Under the pieces are notes generated by a model, which saw nothing but the letters and a program-made list of their open reading frames with translations, made no database searches and was not told the DNA's origin. Below, piece after piece: positions 23,491 to 38,288 of a stretch of 64,000 nucleotides of DNA (position 1 is the first letter of the stretch; every line of letters starts with the position of its first letter). Origin of the DNA: Selaginella moellendorffii (lineage: Eukaryota; Plantae; Lycopodiophyta); contig NW_003314262.1 in NCBI RefSeq assembly GCF_000143415.4, positions 2,964,603-3,028,602 of the forward strand. The letters run 5' to 3'. Position numbers and translations under genes: made by a program.

Positions 23491-26400
23491 CTCAAAACTT
23501 ACTAAATATAGAATGTCCCTAGATTGCGAATTTGGACACGAGATAAATACCATTGTGTTCAAAACAATCTCTACATTCTGTAGATATGCCAAATGAGCGA
23601 ATCTAGACACTTTCCATAAATAGCATTTGGGACTAAAATAAGACTAACACAAAGGGTATAATAGCAAGGGTATTTGGTAGACATAACAAGCTATCATACA
23701 GCAATATTGAGGGCTTAGTCTCAATATGTGAGGGTTCTTGTCAAGCTAGTGCAAAATAGAGCAAAAGAGAACTAAAGGCAAGGCTGAGTATGCTCAGCTA
23801 GAAACACATAAGAGTGCCTACTTTATGTCCATCTAATTAAATATAGGTGTTAAGCCCAGTTTACTAACACTTGAACAAGAGGGGTTGATAAAGGGAACCA
23901 GCAATATCGACTTTTTGCTGTCATGACAGTAAGGAAAGAATATTTGAAAGGACAACTGACACATAACTTTTAATACCCGAAATCACATTTGCGACACTTT
24001 CCCCCCTTTAAGGAAGATCAATGTCCTCATCGATGCATACTCAAGTCTAGAGCACCACCAAGGAAACAACTCTAAAAATTATTTAAAGTAATCACACCAT
24101 ATGGGAAATGCACCAACTTAAATGAGTTAGGGTAACCTCTTTATCTAACATGGATGCACTACCAAATCAGACACCTTCTGACCGTTGTTGATAAATAAAG
24201 GACTAACAAAGTTAGCCACTCTTGCTACTCTAGTTATCACCCACCTTACAAAAGTGTGATATACCCTTGCCAGTAGGGACATAAAGAGAGAAGCCAGAGG
24301 CCCCAACCCTCTTAACCAAACCTGTTAGTAAGGTTTAAATAGATTACTGCAAATAGGCAATTAAAGTTGTTTATATGGTCATGCTTTTTTTACGAAATAA
24401 AGAACATCGACAGAGAGGTGGGTGATGTGACCAGTCGACAGTAGCTACCCCATGACTAAAGATTTCACCATGCACACAAAGTGCCAAAGCTAATCTATCT
24501 ATACTAGCTTAAACTCAAAGATCAATAGATAGACAATATCAAAGTCATCTTAGAGACTTAATTATCAGTGAATAAAGCTTAGTTTAGAACACAAAAGTAT
24601 TCCAAGTAAGTTATCATCCAATAAACCAATATTTGAGTATAGGAATCACCAAGATCATCATAAGTGGAAAACATAGGATTCACTATCCAATAAAATTCAA
24701 TAGTTAATGTATCATAGAAAAAACTTAATAATAAAACTTAACTACCAAAGATTGTAGATAACATGCCAAATAATTTACAAAAGATAGCTCAAAGAACACA
24801 ACGTATTATTAACTAGCAAGTAAGATACTTGTGAATATATCACCCAAAGAAAATAACATCTAAATCTATCAAAACTAACTGGAACAATAATCAATTGAAC
24901 AAAAGAAATGCAATAAGACCGACAAACACTTATTTATGCCAACTATTCCACTAGCCAATTTAAATAGATCCCGGTTAACAATATGAAGGAACTCAAGTTG
25001 TTTAAACAAGTGTTAGCAACATCCTATTGATGTCTCAAACCCAAGAGACCAATCCAAAGCAAACTATAAAGAACATATGGTAATGCGAAAAGCCATAAGT
25101 CATCAAAGAGAACAACTAACTATTGAAGAAAAAATCAACTATTCTAAAGAATGGCAACTCATTTTATATCAACAATAATCAAGCAAAACTCTTAATGAGA
25201 ACAATCAACTACCTCAAAATGATAGTCATTCGTCATCAATGATTGCTAAATGCAAATACTAACAACATTGAAGTTAATAAGCCAAAAATGCCTTCTCCAA
25301 CAACTCCTAGCAAATGGAATAATAAGCATAAAAACTCAAAAAAGGTTTAGCGTTTCACCGCTATCCATTCTACAACTCACCACTTGCAAGGCCATCATTT
25401 CTACATGCATCAAGGTAGGGACTCTTGATTGCATAATGTGAACATAATCAATGAGTTAACACCTCATTGTAAATCATCTCTTTAATAAAGGAAGATGATT
25501 TACGTGTTTGATCCCTTGTCCCTAATGACTCTCTTTTTGGCTTCATCTTTAGCCAAACCTTAAATTTGTATTCACACTACCTTCAATCCAATCTAAGAAG
25601 AGTTTATGAGAGAGCACGGCAATGATTACTTAAACCAATAGACTAATCCCTACAGTCTTAGTTGATTCACTTGTAATTATGCCTAGGAAGGATCCACTAG
25701 TGTTGTGCTAAACAACTACAGACCAGCCTATTTACCACTCATAGCAAACCTAGGAGAGGTTTACTTTCACCCACGATACATGGAATAACTTATGGAACTA
25801 CCGATAGGCTAATATTAATCCTGCCAACTCAAAGCATAACTTTGAGTTGCTAATGTGCCTCACTCACAAGCTCAAGCGCAAACTCATGCAAACAGAGCTT
25901 CTCAGTCCATCTTATGAGCCCAAGAGCAAACTCACATTATTACGGTACAAAAAGATAACCAAATCCATATCTAAAGAACTAATACAAAGTCTTAGCACCT
26001 AATATGTACCTACTTGGATCATCGTTTTCATCTTTGCATATGTAACAAAATTAGTTGCCTAATCTCATTAGATAATACTCGCCAAGACTCATCTTTTGAT
26101 ACCAAATGTAGCACATGTGGTTTTTACCCTTTATCCTATAGTGATTTACCATAAGATAACCATAAAATGGAGCTTAAACCCTCTATGTGCCATATGTCAT
26201 ATGCCATGTGCCACATGCCACACGTCCAAAGGACAGTAGAATGGAACTCGAGTTTTAGGGCCTTGGGCCATTAAACAAATGAACGGTGCCAAACTCCCAA
26301 GCATGGAGCCAAAGAGCAATGGCACTGGAGCACAAAATGACTCCCAAACATACAACCCAAGGAGCGAAGGATAGGAGCATAGAGCAACTTGGATCAGTCC

Positions 26401-27252
26401 TAGAACAACCAACATCCCAATACCAGCCACAACATGCAAAATAGAGCCAAATAGAGTTTAGCACTATTTCAGCATATCGGTGGGCTAATGCAAGAATATA
26501 GGTACTCCACTAATTAGCATGGAATGGAACTTGGGCTTATACCCAAGCCAGACATAGGACGAGGACAGGCACGCAAGTGGGAGCTAGATTATGCCTCAAG
26601 TTAGTCAGCCATGCCCGATCTACCCCCTATCCTTACTATATATTTGGAACCCCTTATATCCCCCCCCCCCCCCTAAGGAATACACGCTTTAGGCTTTCAC
26701 CCCAAGCCTCCCTTAGTATCAGGAGTTAGTTTTTGGGACAAACTCAAAACTTACTAAATATAGAATGTCTCTAGATTGCAATTTTGGACACGGGACGAAC
26801 ACCATTGTGTTCAAGACAATCTCTACATTCTATAAATATGCCAAATGAGCGAATCTAAACACTTTCTATAAATAACATTTGGGACTCAAAAGAAACTAAC
26901 ACAAAGGGCACGATAGCGAAGGTGTTTAGTAGATATGGTAAGCTATCATTCAACAATATTAAGGGACTAATCTCAATACGTGAGGGTTTTTGTCAAGCCA
27001 ATGCAAGACAGAGCAAAAGAGAATTAAGAGCCAGGCCGAGTATGTTTAGCTAGAAACACATAGGAATTCCTACCTTATGTCCATCTAGCTAAGTAAGTAC
27101 AAGTGCTAAGCCCAATTTACTAACACTTGAATAAGAGGGGCTGATAAAAGGAACTAGCAATACCGACTTTCTGCCGTCATGACAGTAAAGAAAGAATATT
27201 CGAAAGGATAACTAACAGGTAACTTTCGATACTCGAAGTCACATTTGCGATA
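23491..27252 (-). mobile_element. Decayed non-coding LTR element (family B): 5' LTR 26107-27252, truncated 3' LTR about 23491-23996
   Basis: Reverse PBS (tgatacca) just before 26107; reverse PPT (cttt ccccccttt) after 23996; 26744-27252 repeats 23491-23996; a further partial copy at about 22988-23410. Confidence 0.75.
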
Positions 27253-29778
27253 GGTATCCACTTTATATTGTATGGAGAGAAAGGAGGATTACAAACTTTT
27301 GTTATTGGAATAATGTTGTACCTTAAGTAAATAATCATTTTCACACTATAGTTGTAGATTTAAGGTTTCCCATTTGGAATTGGCAAATAAAAAGGTTTCT
27401 ACTTTGACTATAAAGCATAATTATTACTTTGAGAAGGATTAACTCCTATAATACTACAACAATATTCCAAATATCTCTCTTTGGTCCCTCCTTTTTAGCA
27501 GTGTATTGAAGAGTATTCCAACTAATGAGGAGTAAAATGGTTATTTCATAGTGGAGAAGATCTTAAGGGCAAAAGTATCCTCTTTATATTGTTTTGAGTG
27601 AAAAGAGAATTGGAAATTTTTGCTATTGAAAGAATGTCTTGCCCCTAACAAGGAATAATTTCCAAGCATAAGTTTAATTTTTATAGATTCAAGGTTTGCC
27701 ATCTGGAGCTACTGCCTTCTACTCAGAATATGAAGCACAGTTATAATTTTGAGAAGGATCAACTTTTATAATGCTAAATACCACTTCAAATACTTGCCCT
27801 CCTCCACTGCTTTGACTAATAGTGCATTAAAAAGTATTCCAGTTAATGAGGAGTACAATGGTTACTTCATAGCAGAGGAAGATATAGAAGCACTTTTGTT
27901 AGAAACAAATTTTTCAAAGTAGGTGGGAGAATTAAAATGCTATTGCACAAAAAAGACAACTCTAAACTTTGTTTCATTGCAACTGAGATATTTAAAAATA
28001 TCCATCTAAATTTCTATATGAAATTGGGTTTTGTAGTGAAAATAAAAGTTTAACCTACATCCAATCCTTGTTAGGATACGTTGATGGGATGTAAATGGCT
28101 TGTAGAAATGTTATATATCATGGAACCCAATGTGATGAGTTCCCCAAGAACTTATTACATACATAGATTTCCTCCCCTAGCTTGAAGTCAGGTGAATCAA
28201 CTACAAAATGGTAGAGTTTTGACAACCACTCCATAATATTTTAGATAATATTGATTGAAAGATAAGTACTTACCTTGGACAATCTCCAAAAACCATATTT
28301 TGGGATGCTTTGTAACACCTTCAAATTAGAAATCCTTGATAAGATCCTCTATTCATACTACACATTCTAAGGTAAAAACGTATAGAGTGAGTCAGTGCTA
28401 ATGCTTGTTAAAGCTTTTATGGGCACTCCATTCTTGTATGGTTGTTAGAGAGCTTCCATCATGATAGAGTGCTGAAATCGTACTCAAGGCATCATCAACT
28501 AACTTGGATTCCAAAAAGAGCCTTTAATGGATGACCATTGCCATGCATTCCTTCATTATTTTCACATAGTTTTCACCACCAAAGTCCTCTAATGCCATTT
28601 CTATAACCTGGTGGAGATTAGTGATTGCCAACTCCATCCTATCCTCTTTTAGATCCCCATTGTTGCTCACAGCAAATTCAATGCATTCTAAACTTCCTTC
28701 AAGGTTTGAAGATTGTCAAACTAGAAGATGATAAGCAAAGCTCAAATGACTTATTTACTAGCTTCTCTGGTAATTTGATCATATAGTGGAAAAGACATGG
28801 TGGAAGAAAGTGGTGACAATAACTTGTACAAGGTATTTATTCCAATTTTAGTCCTGCTTTTCTCAAACATGTCACCCATAGACCCTTCCAAGGTTTCATA
28901 GAGTGAACCTAGAGCACAACAAAGCAATGGAGAAAGAATTGTACTTTTGGGCAGCTTGCTCTAGACAACAATATTCTTCCCATTCACAAAAGGATGGATG
29001 TTATAACTCCAAGCAAGACACCAAGATTAAAGTTTCTCTAAAGCCCAAGATTGACAAGTGTGCAATAAACTCAAATTTATTAGGTGAATTAGAAGAAATC
29101 AATCTAACTTACCAAACTTGGAGATAACCACACATGAATAGATAGTAGCTACACTATTGTGATTCTATTTGTTGCTCATAGATGCAAAAAATGATTGTAC
29201 TAAGAAACTATTCCCAGGTATTTAAGGGGTACAAGATTGGACCTTGATTAATTCTCGTCCAAAAAAGTATGAAATCTGTGATGAAGTAAACAAAGAAATT
29301 AAAATAAAATTGCAAAGAAAGCATAAAAACCATGCTTAAGTTTTGCTTTGTGGGTGCAATATTTTAAATATTTCAAGTGCAACACAGCCTAGGCTCCAAA
29401 AATCCACAGAAACACTATTATATATTAAAGATACAAGATTCAGCAATGTGGCTACAATTATAAATTCACATATCTAAGTCCAGTAAGAAGAAATTGTTAG
29501 TTTTAGATATACACAAACTGGAGAAGTACTAAAAAATAAAGAACATTGAATGCAAACTTATTGCAAGGATGAGTGGAAAGAAGAAAACCTAATATCACTG
29601 CTATGACATACTTTTTCTATGCTGGAATAATACATTTCTATAAAAGTATTCAATTTTTCTTTACCTTGTAACTGCAAAAAGGATGTGGTTCTTATTGGCA
29701 GGCATTGGCCTTACAATTTATAATGTTGACCATTCTTGAATTTATGAATTAAAGAGTTCAGCTTGTGAGTTTGTTTTT

Positions 29779-29800
29779 TGTGTGTGTGTGTGTGTGTGTG
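29779..29800. repeat. (TG)n microsatellite
   Basis: Direct reading. Confidence 0.9.
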
Positions 29801-30562
29801 TTCTGGAGGATACTTCTTGTCTAAGATTTTAAATATTTATTCTCTGCTTTAATAGAGAGGTTTGTTATAACATAAAGTAAGATAAGATTTTTTGCAAAAA
29901 AAAGTAATTTTTACTTGTAAAATCCATACTATATGCTTTTCAGTTTTTAAATGTCAGGTTTTTTAGAATTTAAAAACTATTAAATTTAAAATAAGATTCT
30001 TTTGCAAGGCCATATACCAATTTCAAAGATTAAAAAACAACTATTAATGTAAACTTGTTGCATATAAAAATAGATTTAATTCTTTAGAATACATTCTTGG
30101 GATTTTTTTATAACATAGTGTCTAAAATAATATGAATATTCACTTGGACTCTCATTCTAAAAGAGGGAAATACACATAAATATTTATGTATTTTAGTGTT
30201 AATAATTTTAACTCTTGCAATCTTTCTTCTCAAGGTAATAGTTCAAGGGTTAAGAGTTATACTAGCCATCCTATTGCATAACACATCTCTTACTTGTTTA
30301 AAAATATTGCAATTCCATGATTTTCAAGAATTGCTCTATCTATTTTTAGCTTTTGGTGGAAAAAATGGTGACAATCATTATGATGTGATATATGCTCTTA
30401 CAACATATTGTAACATTACACCCCTAAAAAAATATTATAAAATATTTTTCAAGATGGTAAAGATAGAAATGGAGATACATGAATATTTTGGGAAATATTG
30501 CAAAAAGAACATTTGTATGTATATAAAATGAAAGAATATTTTTTTATTAACTAAAATATTTA

Positions 30563-30722
30563 TAATTCTGATAATCTTATTAGACTTTGAGAAGGTATAT
30601 GACCAAGTCGACTGGAAAGTACTTAAAACCATCATGCTCAAATAAGGGATCCCATAAGAATACATTGATTAGATAGCATCTCTCTACCACATAACTTCAA
30701 ATAGAGTCATTATCAATGGGGG
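30563..30722 (+). mobile_element. LINE (L1-like) reverse transcriptase fragment
   Basis: Translates IILIILLDFEKVYDQVDWKVLKTIMLK*GIP*EYID*IASLYH...VIING (LDFEKAYDRVDW-type motif), with stops. Confidence 0.75.
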
Positions 30723-30729
30723 GTTTCAA

Positions 30730-33700
30730 ATGTATTATAGGGATAGTGGTTGGAATATATGTTTAACCATTTGAGATATTAATTTGGTTTTTGTTGGGTT
30801 GTGTCACTCTTTATTCTGTGTTCGGCTTGGGTCTAAGCCCAAGTTCTATGCTACCTAATTGATAAAGTACCCTTCTTCTCGTGTTAAGCCACCAGTATGC
30901 CAAAATCATGCCAAACATCATTTGACACCGTTTTGTATGTAGATGTTGGATATGGGGAATTAGTACTTGTGAGATTGTACTAGACTTTCAGCAAAAAACT
31001 CACATAAAGGGTTTATGTTCCATTTCGTGGTTATCCTATAGTAAATCACCATAAGATAAAGGATAAAAACCATGTAGACTATATTTGGTATTAAAGAGCA
31101 CCATTCTATTCTACTTTAATTACTTAATTATGCCTTTAACCACTTGGAAGAATTTCATTCACAACCTTCATAAGTTTTCATCCTGACTTAGGGTACTTGC
31201 TAACCCCCAGATATATTCTCACAACCACACTGACTTTGCATTTAATGCTCTATATGTTTGGTCCCACTTTGGACACCTGAAAGTACCATCAACATACTAG
31301 CCTTTTATGTTAAAGCTATGTTTATTTCCAATATTTTATTGGTAGTCCAAGACCATCAGTACCATAGTCTCATCTTTCCAAGTCTGAGCTATCCATTCAT
31401 GAGTGATCATCCCATAACCACACTTTAACATCTTTAGGATATTCCAAGATATTAGAAACACCATTCCTTGATATCCCTTTTCTGATTCTCACAAAGTCTC
31501 TTTTCGTATATAGTAGTGCTCACCAACACTACTATGTTTAGTTAACTTCACAAACATCAAAGGGACTGATAAAAGGTATAGCAATAGCAACCTTTTACTA
31601 TCATGGCAGTAAGGAAAAAATATCCAAAAGGATTCACTAATAAATAACTTATGATATCCATAGTTACATTTACGACTCTCTTCCCCCCCTATACCACCCC
31701 CCCCCCCCCCCTGCCCTTAGAGAATATCATATCTTCGTCAATACCTACGCTAGTCTAGACCACTACCATGAAAATAATTCTAAAAAAAGTTCACAATGTT
31801 CACACTTTGTGAAAAATGTACTAACTTAAATGAGTTAAAAGGTGTCTAACACAAATATGCTACAACTCAAACACCTTCTAACCGTCACTGACAAGGAAAT
31901 GACTAACCAAGTTTGCCACCCTTGTTGCTCTAAGTATCCCCTAGCTTATAAAAGATGATATACCTTACTTGCAAGTGATATAGAGAGAAAAACTAAAGGC
32001 CCAAACCCTTCTGAGCAAACAAACCAAACTCGTTGATAAATTAGATAGACTACAGTAAACAAGTAGTTATTTATATAGTTACGCCCTTTTAATGAAATTA
32101 GGAACATCAAGAGAGAGGTAAGTTATGTGACTAATTAATAGTAGGTATCCTATAACTAAAGATTTCACCATGCATATAGAATGTAGAAGCCAATTTGCCT
32201 ATACTGACCCAAACTCAAAAACTAATAAATGAACAATATCAAAGTTATAGACAATGATATCTTAGAGACAAAATTATCAATGAATAAATATTAAATTAAA
32301 ATATAAAAGTATTTCAATTAAGTTATTATCTGATAAAAAAAGAGTATAGAAACCACCAAGATCATTATATTTTAAAGTTATAGGAATATTAAAGAACTTA
32401 AATTATTTAAACAAGTATTAGTAACATTTTATTAATGTCTTAAACCCAAGAGACCAATTTAGAGCAAGCCACAAAAAACATATGATAATATGCTAAGCCA
32501 AAAGCCATCAAAGAGAATAATTAACCATTATAAAAGATTATCAATCATTCCATCAATAAAGAGATGTAAAATCATCATCAAAGAAAGAATCTACCATCTT
32601 AAAAAAAGGTAAATCATTCAACATCAATAATAAATTAGTAAAACCTTTTACAAGTATAATCAACTATCCTAGATAATAGTTAATTATCACTAATGATTGC
32701 CAGATGTGGAAGCTAGCTTTAACATTGAAGCTAATAAACTAAAATACCTTCCCTAACAACTCTTAACAAATGGCACACATGGGTATAAAAATCTCGAGAG
32801 AAAACNNNNNNNNNNNNNNNNNNNNNNNNNNNNNNNNNNNNNNNNNNNNNNNNNNNNNNNNNNNNNNNNNNNNNNNNNNNNNNNNNNNNNNNNNNNNNNN
32901 NNNNNNNNNNNNNNNNNNNNNNNNNNNNNNNNNNNNNNNNNNNNNNNNNNNNNNNNNNNNNNNNNNNNNNNNNNNNNNNNNNNNNNNNNNNNNNNNNNNN
33001 NNNNNNNNNNNNNNNNNNNNNNNNNNNNNNNNNNNNNNNNNNNNNNNNNNNNNNNNNNNNNNNNNNNNNNNNNNNNNNNNNNNNNNNNNNNNNNNNNNNN
33101 NNNNNNNNNNNNNNNNNNNNNNNNNNNNNNNNNNNNNNNNNNNNNNNNNNNNNNNNNNNNNNNNNNNNNNNNNNNNNNNNNNNNNNNNNNNNNNNNNNNN
33201 NNNNNNNNNNNNNNNNNNNNNNNNNNNNNNNNNNNNNNNNNNNNNNNNNNNNNNNNNNNNNNNNNNNNNNNNNNNNNNNNNNNNNNNNNNNNNNNNNNNN
33301 NNNNNNNNNNNNNNNNNNNNNNNNNNNNNNNNNNNNNNNNNNNNNNNNNNNNNNNNNNNNNNNNNNNNNNNNNNNNNNNNNNNNNNNNNNNNNNNNNNNN
33401 NNNNNNNNNNNNNNNNNNNNNNNNNNNNNNNNNNNNNNNNNNNNNNNNNNNNNNNNNNNNNNNNNNNNNNNNNNNNNNNNNNNNNNNNNNNNNNNNNNNN
33501 NNNNNNNNNNNNNNNNNNNNNNNNNNNNNNNNNNNNNNNNNNNNNNNNNNNNNNNNNNNNNNNNNNNNNNNNNNNNNNNNNNNNNNNNNNNNNNNNNNNN
33601 NNNNNNNNNNNNNNNNNNNNNNNNNNNNNNNNNNNNNNNNNAACTAGCAAACTGCATAAATGCCAATGACACAAAGGTACAACCAGCTATCAACACTTAT

Positions 33701-35440
33701 TGAGATTAATAAAATGAAATATTAATCTCTATTAAGCCCAATTATTCATAAACCATTTGAACCACCACAAGGAAAATTCAACTTCCTTAATATGCCCATA
33801 GAGATAACAAATCATTTCATTTCACTCTTAATTCCAATAATATTAATGTCAATATATCACTTCATCATCAATAAAGCTAGTAGAAAGCAAGAGTAAATCA
33901 CCACTCAAAGTTCTTTAACAAAGTTGAAGATATTATATTTAGTATCCAAACCAATCATTCAACAATACTCAGATAAAGATAATATGTCATTATGGAATAA
34001 ATTGCCACATCCAAGACTCAATACAATTCAGCACTACAGACTAAATATAACTAAAAAATGTCAACAAAAATAAATATCAAAAAACCATATAAGTTTAATG
34101 ACATAATCCTTCACAACACTATCCGGTAAAACAAGCTTATCCTTGCTAAATTTTTATCGAGCAAAATAAATGTCAATAATCTTTGAAGAAATTTACAAAT
34201 AAACATTAGTTGCAAAGCAACTAACAATCACTCTTCAATTTGCCTTCATAAGACACAAACACTAAATTCATGTTATTGAGTTATATATTTGTCCAACAAA
34301 AAGGTAACATTCTAAAGATAACATAAAGGATCATAGATAAAATGACTACTCGAATCCAATCGTATAGCAATAAACTTACTAACATGTTTAGCCAATAGTT
34401 TAGAGCATAATTGAAAAAACTAGCTATGCATAATTAACACCTACCCAGAATTAAATTAAAGAGCATGAGATGGAGCACAACCTCCTAATAGATAAGGCTA
34501 CAATGCAAGTATTAACATTTCAATTACAAATAACTAAAAATGAGTGAAATTTTAATATATTTATAAAGACTAATGAAATGCAAGGTGTAACCTACCAATG
34601 TTACAAAAGAAAGGCACATGGTTCACTTTTTAATAAAGTGCAACAATCACTTTCTTACACCAACTTTAAATTCTATTCAACTCAATTGCTTTAGCCCTAA
34701 TAGTTAACATCCTTTCCAAGTTATATCATATAAACCCTATTAAGGTTTAATCTAATTAAAGTCAACTCTAACCTTTTCACTAACTTGTAATAGCTCACAA
34801 AAACAAAATGGTTTTCAAGCAAAATGATTAATAGATTAGCCATTAAAAAAGTCTAAGAAAGTTTATGGAAAATTTCCTATCCTAGAAAAAAAATGACTCT
34901 CAATTTAGGATTGTAAATTCTCAAAACTCAACTAAATTCCTATTACCTACAACTTTGTAGGAGTTCACATTAACACAAATTTTCATGATCCAATAATTTG
35001 CCTTAACATCAAACATCATGACCATATACTCAATATTAGATTAGTGAATAGAGAAAGTGTGTAGTTGAAACATTAGTATTGTTAACATTTGCATTAGTGA
35101 AAGTGGCATTGTTATATCAAGTGATTGAGAAGTTGTTCTTCAAATTTGATTTTATATCATTTTTTTTGTTAGCATTTTAGCTTAATATTTTATCTTGAAA
35201 GTGATTGAAGAAGAATGTTAGTGCAATATAGATATTTAAAGATATGGTCTTTGTGATTGAGTCTAGAGTGTTAATTTTGCATTTTTGCAAATGTTGGTGT
35301 TAACTCCAAGTGCTAACAAATCAACTAATAAGCTATAGTAAATGAATGGTATAACTCTTTTCTAAAACATTAATAGGTAAACCCACAAGGAGCCAAGTTA
35401 TTAACATAAGTTGAGCTATAGCATACCCACTATCTCTACT
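30730..35440. mobile_element. Decayed family-B LTR element fragments (LTR piece with PBS near 31086; LTR end/PPT near 31675; internal region spanning the N gap 32806-33640)
   Basis: Collinear similarity to 24000-25340 and 14800-16700; tggtattaaagagc PBS-like site. Confidence 0.6.
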
Positions 35441-35449
35441 ATATATTGT

Positions 35450-37022
35450 GCTCTAAACCCCAAAGTGGGGTGCACTAGCATGGGGAGTTATGTCAGGCAT
35501 TCTAGATAATGCCGTTTGTAGATGTATATATGGAGGTTGGGTTTGAACCTCCATATGGGGTAGTTATAGACTCTCAATAAGGAGACTAACTTGAGCACAC
35601 CACCAAGTGGGGGATGCCCTGGAATCATGATGTACAGTTAGATTGCTTATTATGAAAGCTCAACATATTTAATTTAAATACTTTGGTACAAATGGCATCA
35701 AGAATGTGGTGAATGAGATGGGAACACTTAATCTCAGTTGTTATGGACCCTTGGCCAGAAAGGTTGGCTTGGGTGCACTACTAAGTGTGGGGAATGCCCT
35801 TAGGGTCATAATCAACAACTTAAAAGTCTAGAAGACTTAATATCTATTAGCAAACTTATTAAGGTGTCAAAGTTAGATCACTAGGTGATCTTACAGTTAA
35901 ATAACGAGAAGGTCCTTATGAGGTTAAGGAATAAAGTTTTATTAATTTGAACTATTAGTAATGGTGTGAATTGGTCAAGATAACCAAATGGGAAGGATAT
36001 CTAAGGGAAATTAGCTATGTCAATCCGATGGCATAATGAGTCCAAAAAAATAATCTTTAGAAAAGATCTATAAGAAGGTCACAAAGCTGGGCTGTGGATA
36101 AAGCCTATAACAAAAAATACTATAGATACTGACTAAAGGTAAACACTCTTTAGATTTGGCAAAAGTAAAGCCTTTACTATGGAACCAAAATGATATCTCA
36201 AGGATGGAGATAGTGATCTTATATTTATTGGTAATAATCAAAATATAGGAACAAAAAATTAGTGGCTAAGAATGGGCCATGGAAATTATTGAAAGGAATC
36301 CAAATGACAAGTTAAGTGAGGAACACCCACATGGTGGATACTAATGGATTATAGGAAAGAAAATATATTTTCAATAATGGATTCCCAATTTAGCGAAGGT
36401 ATAAGCTTCAAAAGAAATAGAGTGGTAAAGTAGCTAAATGATAGAGCCATAGATAACCTTAACACGAATTATAGAGAAATGGAACATAATGCTAAGAGTG
36501 GTATAAAATAAAAGAGAGGATGATGGTGCCCTCTAGTAAAGAATTTCCTAAGATGGGGAAATGAGGTTTGCATAACTAGTGTAATGCAAGGTGTTAGACA
36601 CACCTAGGAAATTAATTCAAGATGTTAATATTAAAATTCTAGAGTGCAATAGTTATGTTAGTAGAGGCCGAGACTACTCCTAAATGAGTAATAAAATTGA
36701 AATAAAAAAGATGTCTTTAATAAATTTAGCATAAACTAAATGAACAAAAGGGAAATGACCATCATAAATGGTTTAATGAATCTCTAAGTTGGAGAAACTA
36801 TACTCCTTAGAGGATGGGTAAGGCATGGTGAGCCTTCAATGTTAAATCATTGATGAATATTAGCTAGATGCTAAGGATGAAAAAGGGTAATCCATGCTGG
36901 GGTTACTTTATAAAATGGTTTATCATTCGATAAGGACATTGAACTTTGTCTATGGGTGGTGGAGTTATGAAACAAAATCCCTAAACCCCAAAGTGGACCA
37001 AAAAGTGTGCCATATGGTAGTG
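35450..37022 (+). mobile_element. Older fragment of the 3543-11698 family (3' internal region, PPT and start of LTR)
   Basis: Collinear with about 7700-9298, including tatgggtggtggagtt...aaaatccctaa.ccccaaagtgg. Confidence 0.8.
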
Positions 37023-37157
37023 TTCTAAATTCTCAAATCTATATCATGACAAGCCAATCCATGTTATCTAAATTGAGAAGAAGATGGCAAGTGTAGATCC
37101 ACTTGTACTAAAGAAATGATATGCTTGCTTTCACTAGTTTTGACAATAGACATTAGA

Positions 37158-37606
37158 TGTAGCGCATGTGATCATGGGATGAGATTTGGATATACTGTGA
37201 CCATGGATCCTTGGAACCTTGGGGGATAAATGGGGATAAAATAGCCACTAAAGGCTCTCTCATCAAGCAATTGCCCTTTTTCCAGTTGGCTTAAGAGGAG
37301 AGAGATAAGGTGCGCTACAGTTGGTATTAGAGCAAATGGCACGGGTTCGATTCCCATTGATTAGTGGCTACTTAAAAATATAATATACCCTTGAGTAAGG
37401 TATATTCCTACCCCTAAATTTGAAATCGTATGTATTGGGCATCCATGCATACGTCCTTCCTCTTATGTGGGGTATCCACGGACGAAGGTATCCACCGTAG
37501 GATTGCAGGGGTATCCACGGACGAAGGTATCCACCGTGGGACGAAGGTATCCACCGTAGGATTGCAGGGGTATCCACGGATGAAGGTATCCACCGTGGGA
37601 TTGCAG
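37158..37606 (+). mobile_element. Truncated TRIM-like element: 162-bp LTR (37158-37319), PBS, and a 39/21-bp tandem repeat (37469-37606)
   Basis: LTR termini TGTAGCGCA...TGCGCTACA (9-bp inverted repeat) followed by tggtattagagc; no second LTR seen. Confidence 0.6.
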
Positions 37607-37671
37607 TACAGGTGGATCAAGCTCGGCCAAAAACTGATCTATATCCCAATCTATTCCACATTCATCAAAAA

Positions 37672-38288
37672 AGCAAGAGCTCAATATAGCCACTCCCAAA
37701 ACTACCCTTAATGTGTGAATAAAGTTTGGTTGACCAAGACATGATCTTCATGTGGCTCATCCAATAGGAGTGCCTTCTCTCATTGGTGGCAATTCATCTC
37801 TCAAACATAGCATGCAAGGTCTATAGGGCAATAGAGACACATCTTATGGGAATGTTTGGCAACACAAGAGGTGTGGGAAGTTTCTATAGTGATTCTTAGG
37901 CAACCCTCTCAAGGTAGTGCAACAATAATTTATGAATCAACACTTTTGGGCAACTTCCTTCAAGGAAAGGCAAAACACCTAGATAGCAAGAGCTCAATAT
38001 ATCCACTCCCAAAACTACCCTTGATGTGTGAATAAACTTTGGTTAACCAAGACATGATGCTTCATGTGGCTCACCCAATAGGAGTGCCTTCTCTCATTGG
38101 TGGCAATTTATCTCTCAGACATAGCATGCAAGGTCTACAGGGCAATAGAGACACATCTTATGGGAATGTTTGGCAACACAAGAGGTGTGGGAAGTTTCTA
38201 TAGTGATTCTTAGGCAATCCTCTCAAGGCAATGCAACAATAATTTATAAATCAGCACTTTGGGGCAACTTCCTCCAAGGAAAGGCAAA
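37672..38288. repeat. Tandem duplication with about 313-bp period
   Basis: 37672-37974 and 37985-38288 are near-identical. Confidence 0.9.

Noticed and set aside
32731-33696. ORFs of about 300 aa (and the short ones at 6661-6936)
   Set aside because: Artefacts of N gaps (32806-33640 and 6716-6815).
37469-37606. CRISPR-like repeat array
   Set aside because: No unique spacers, no cas genes, eukaryotic context; a simple modular tandem repeat.
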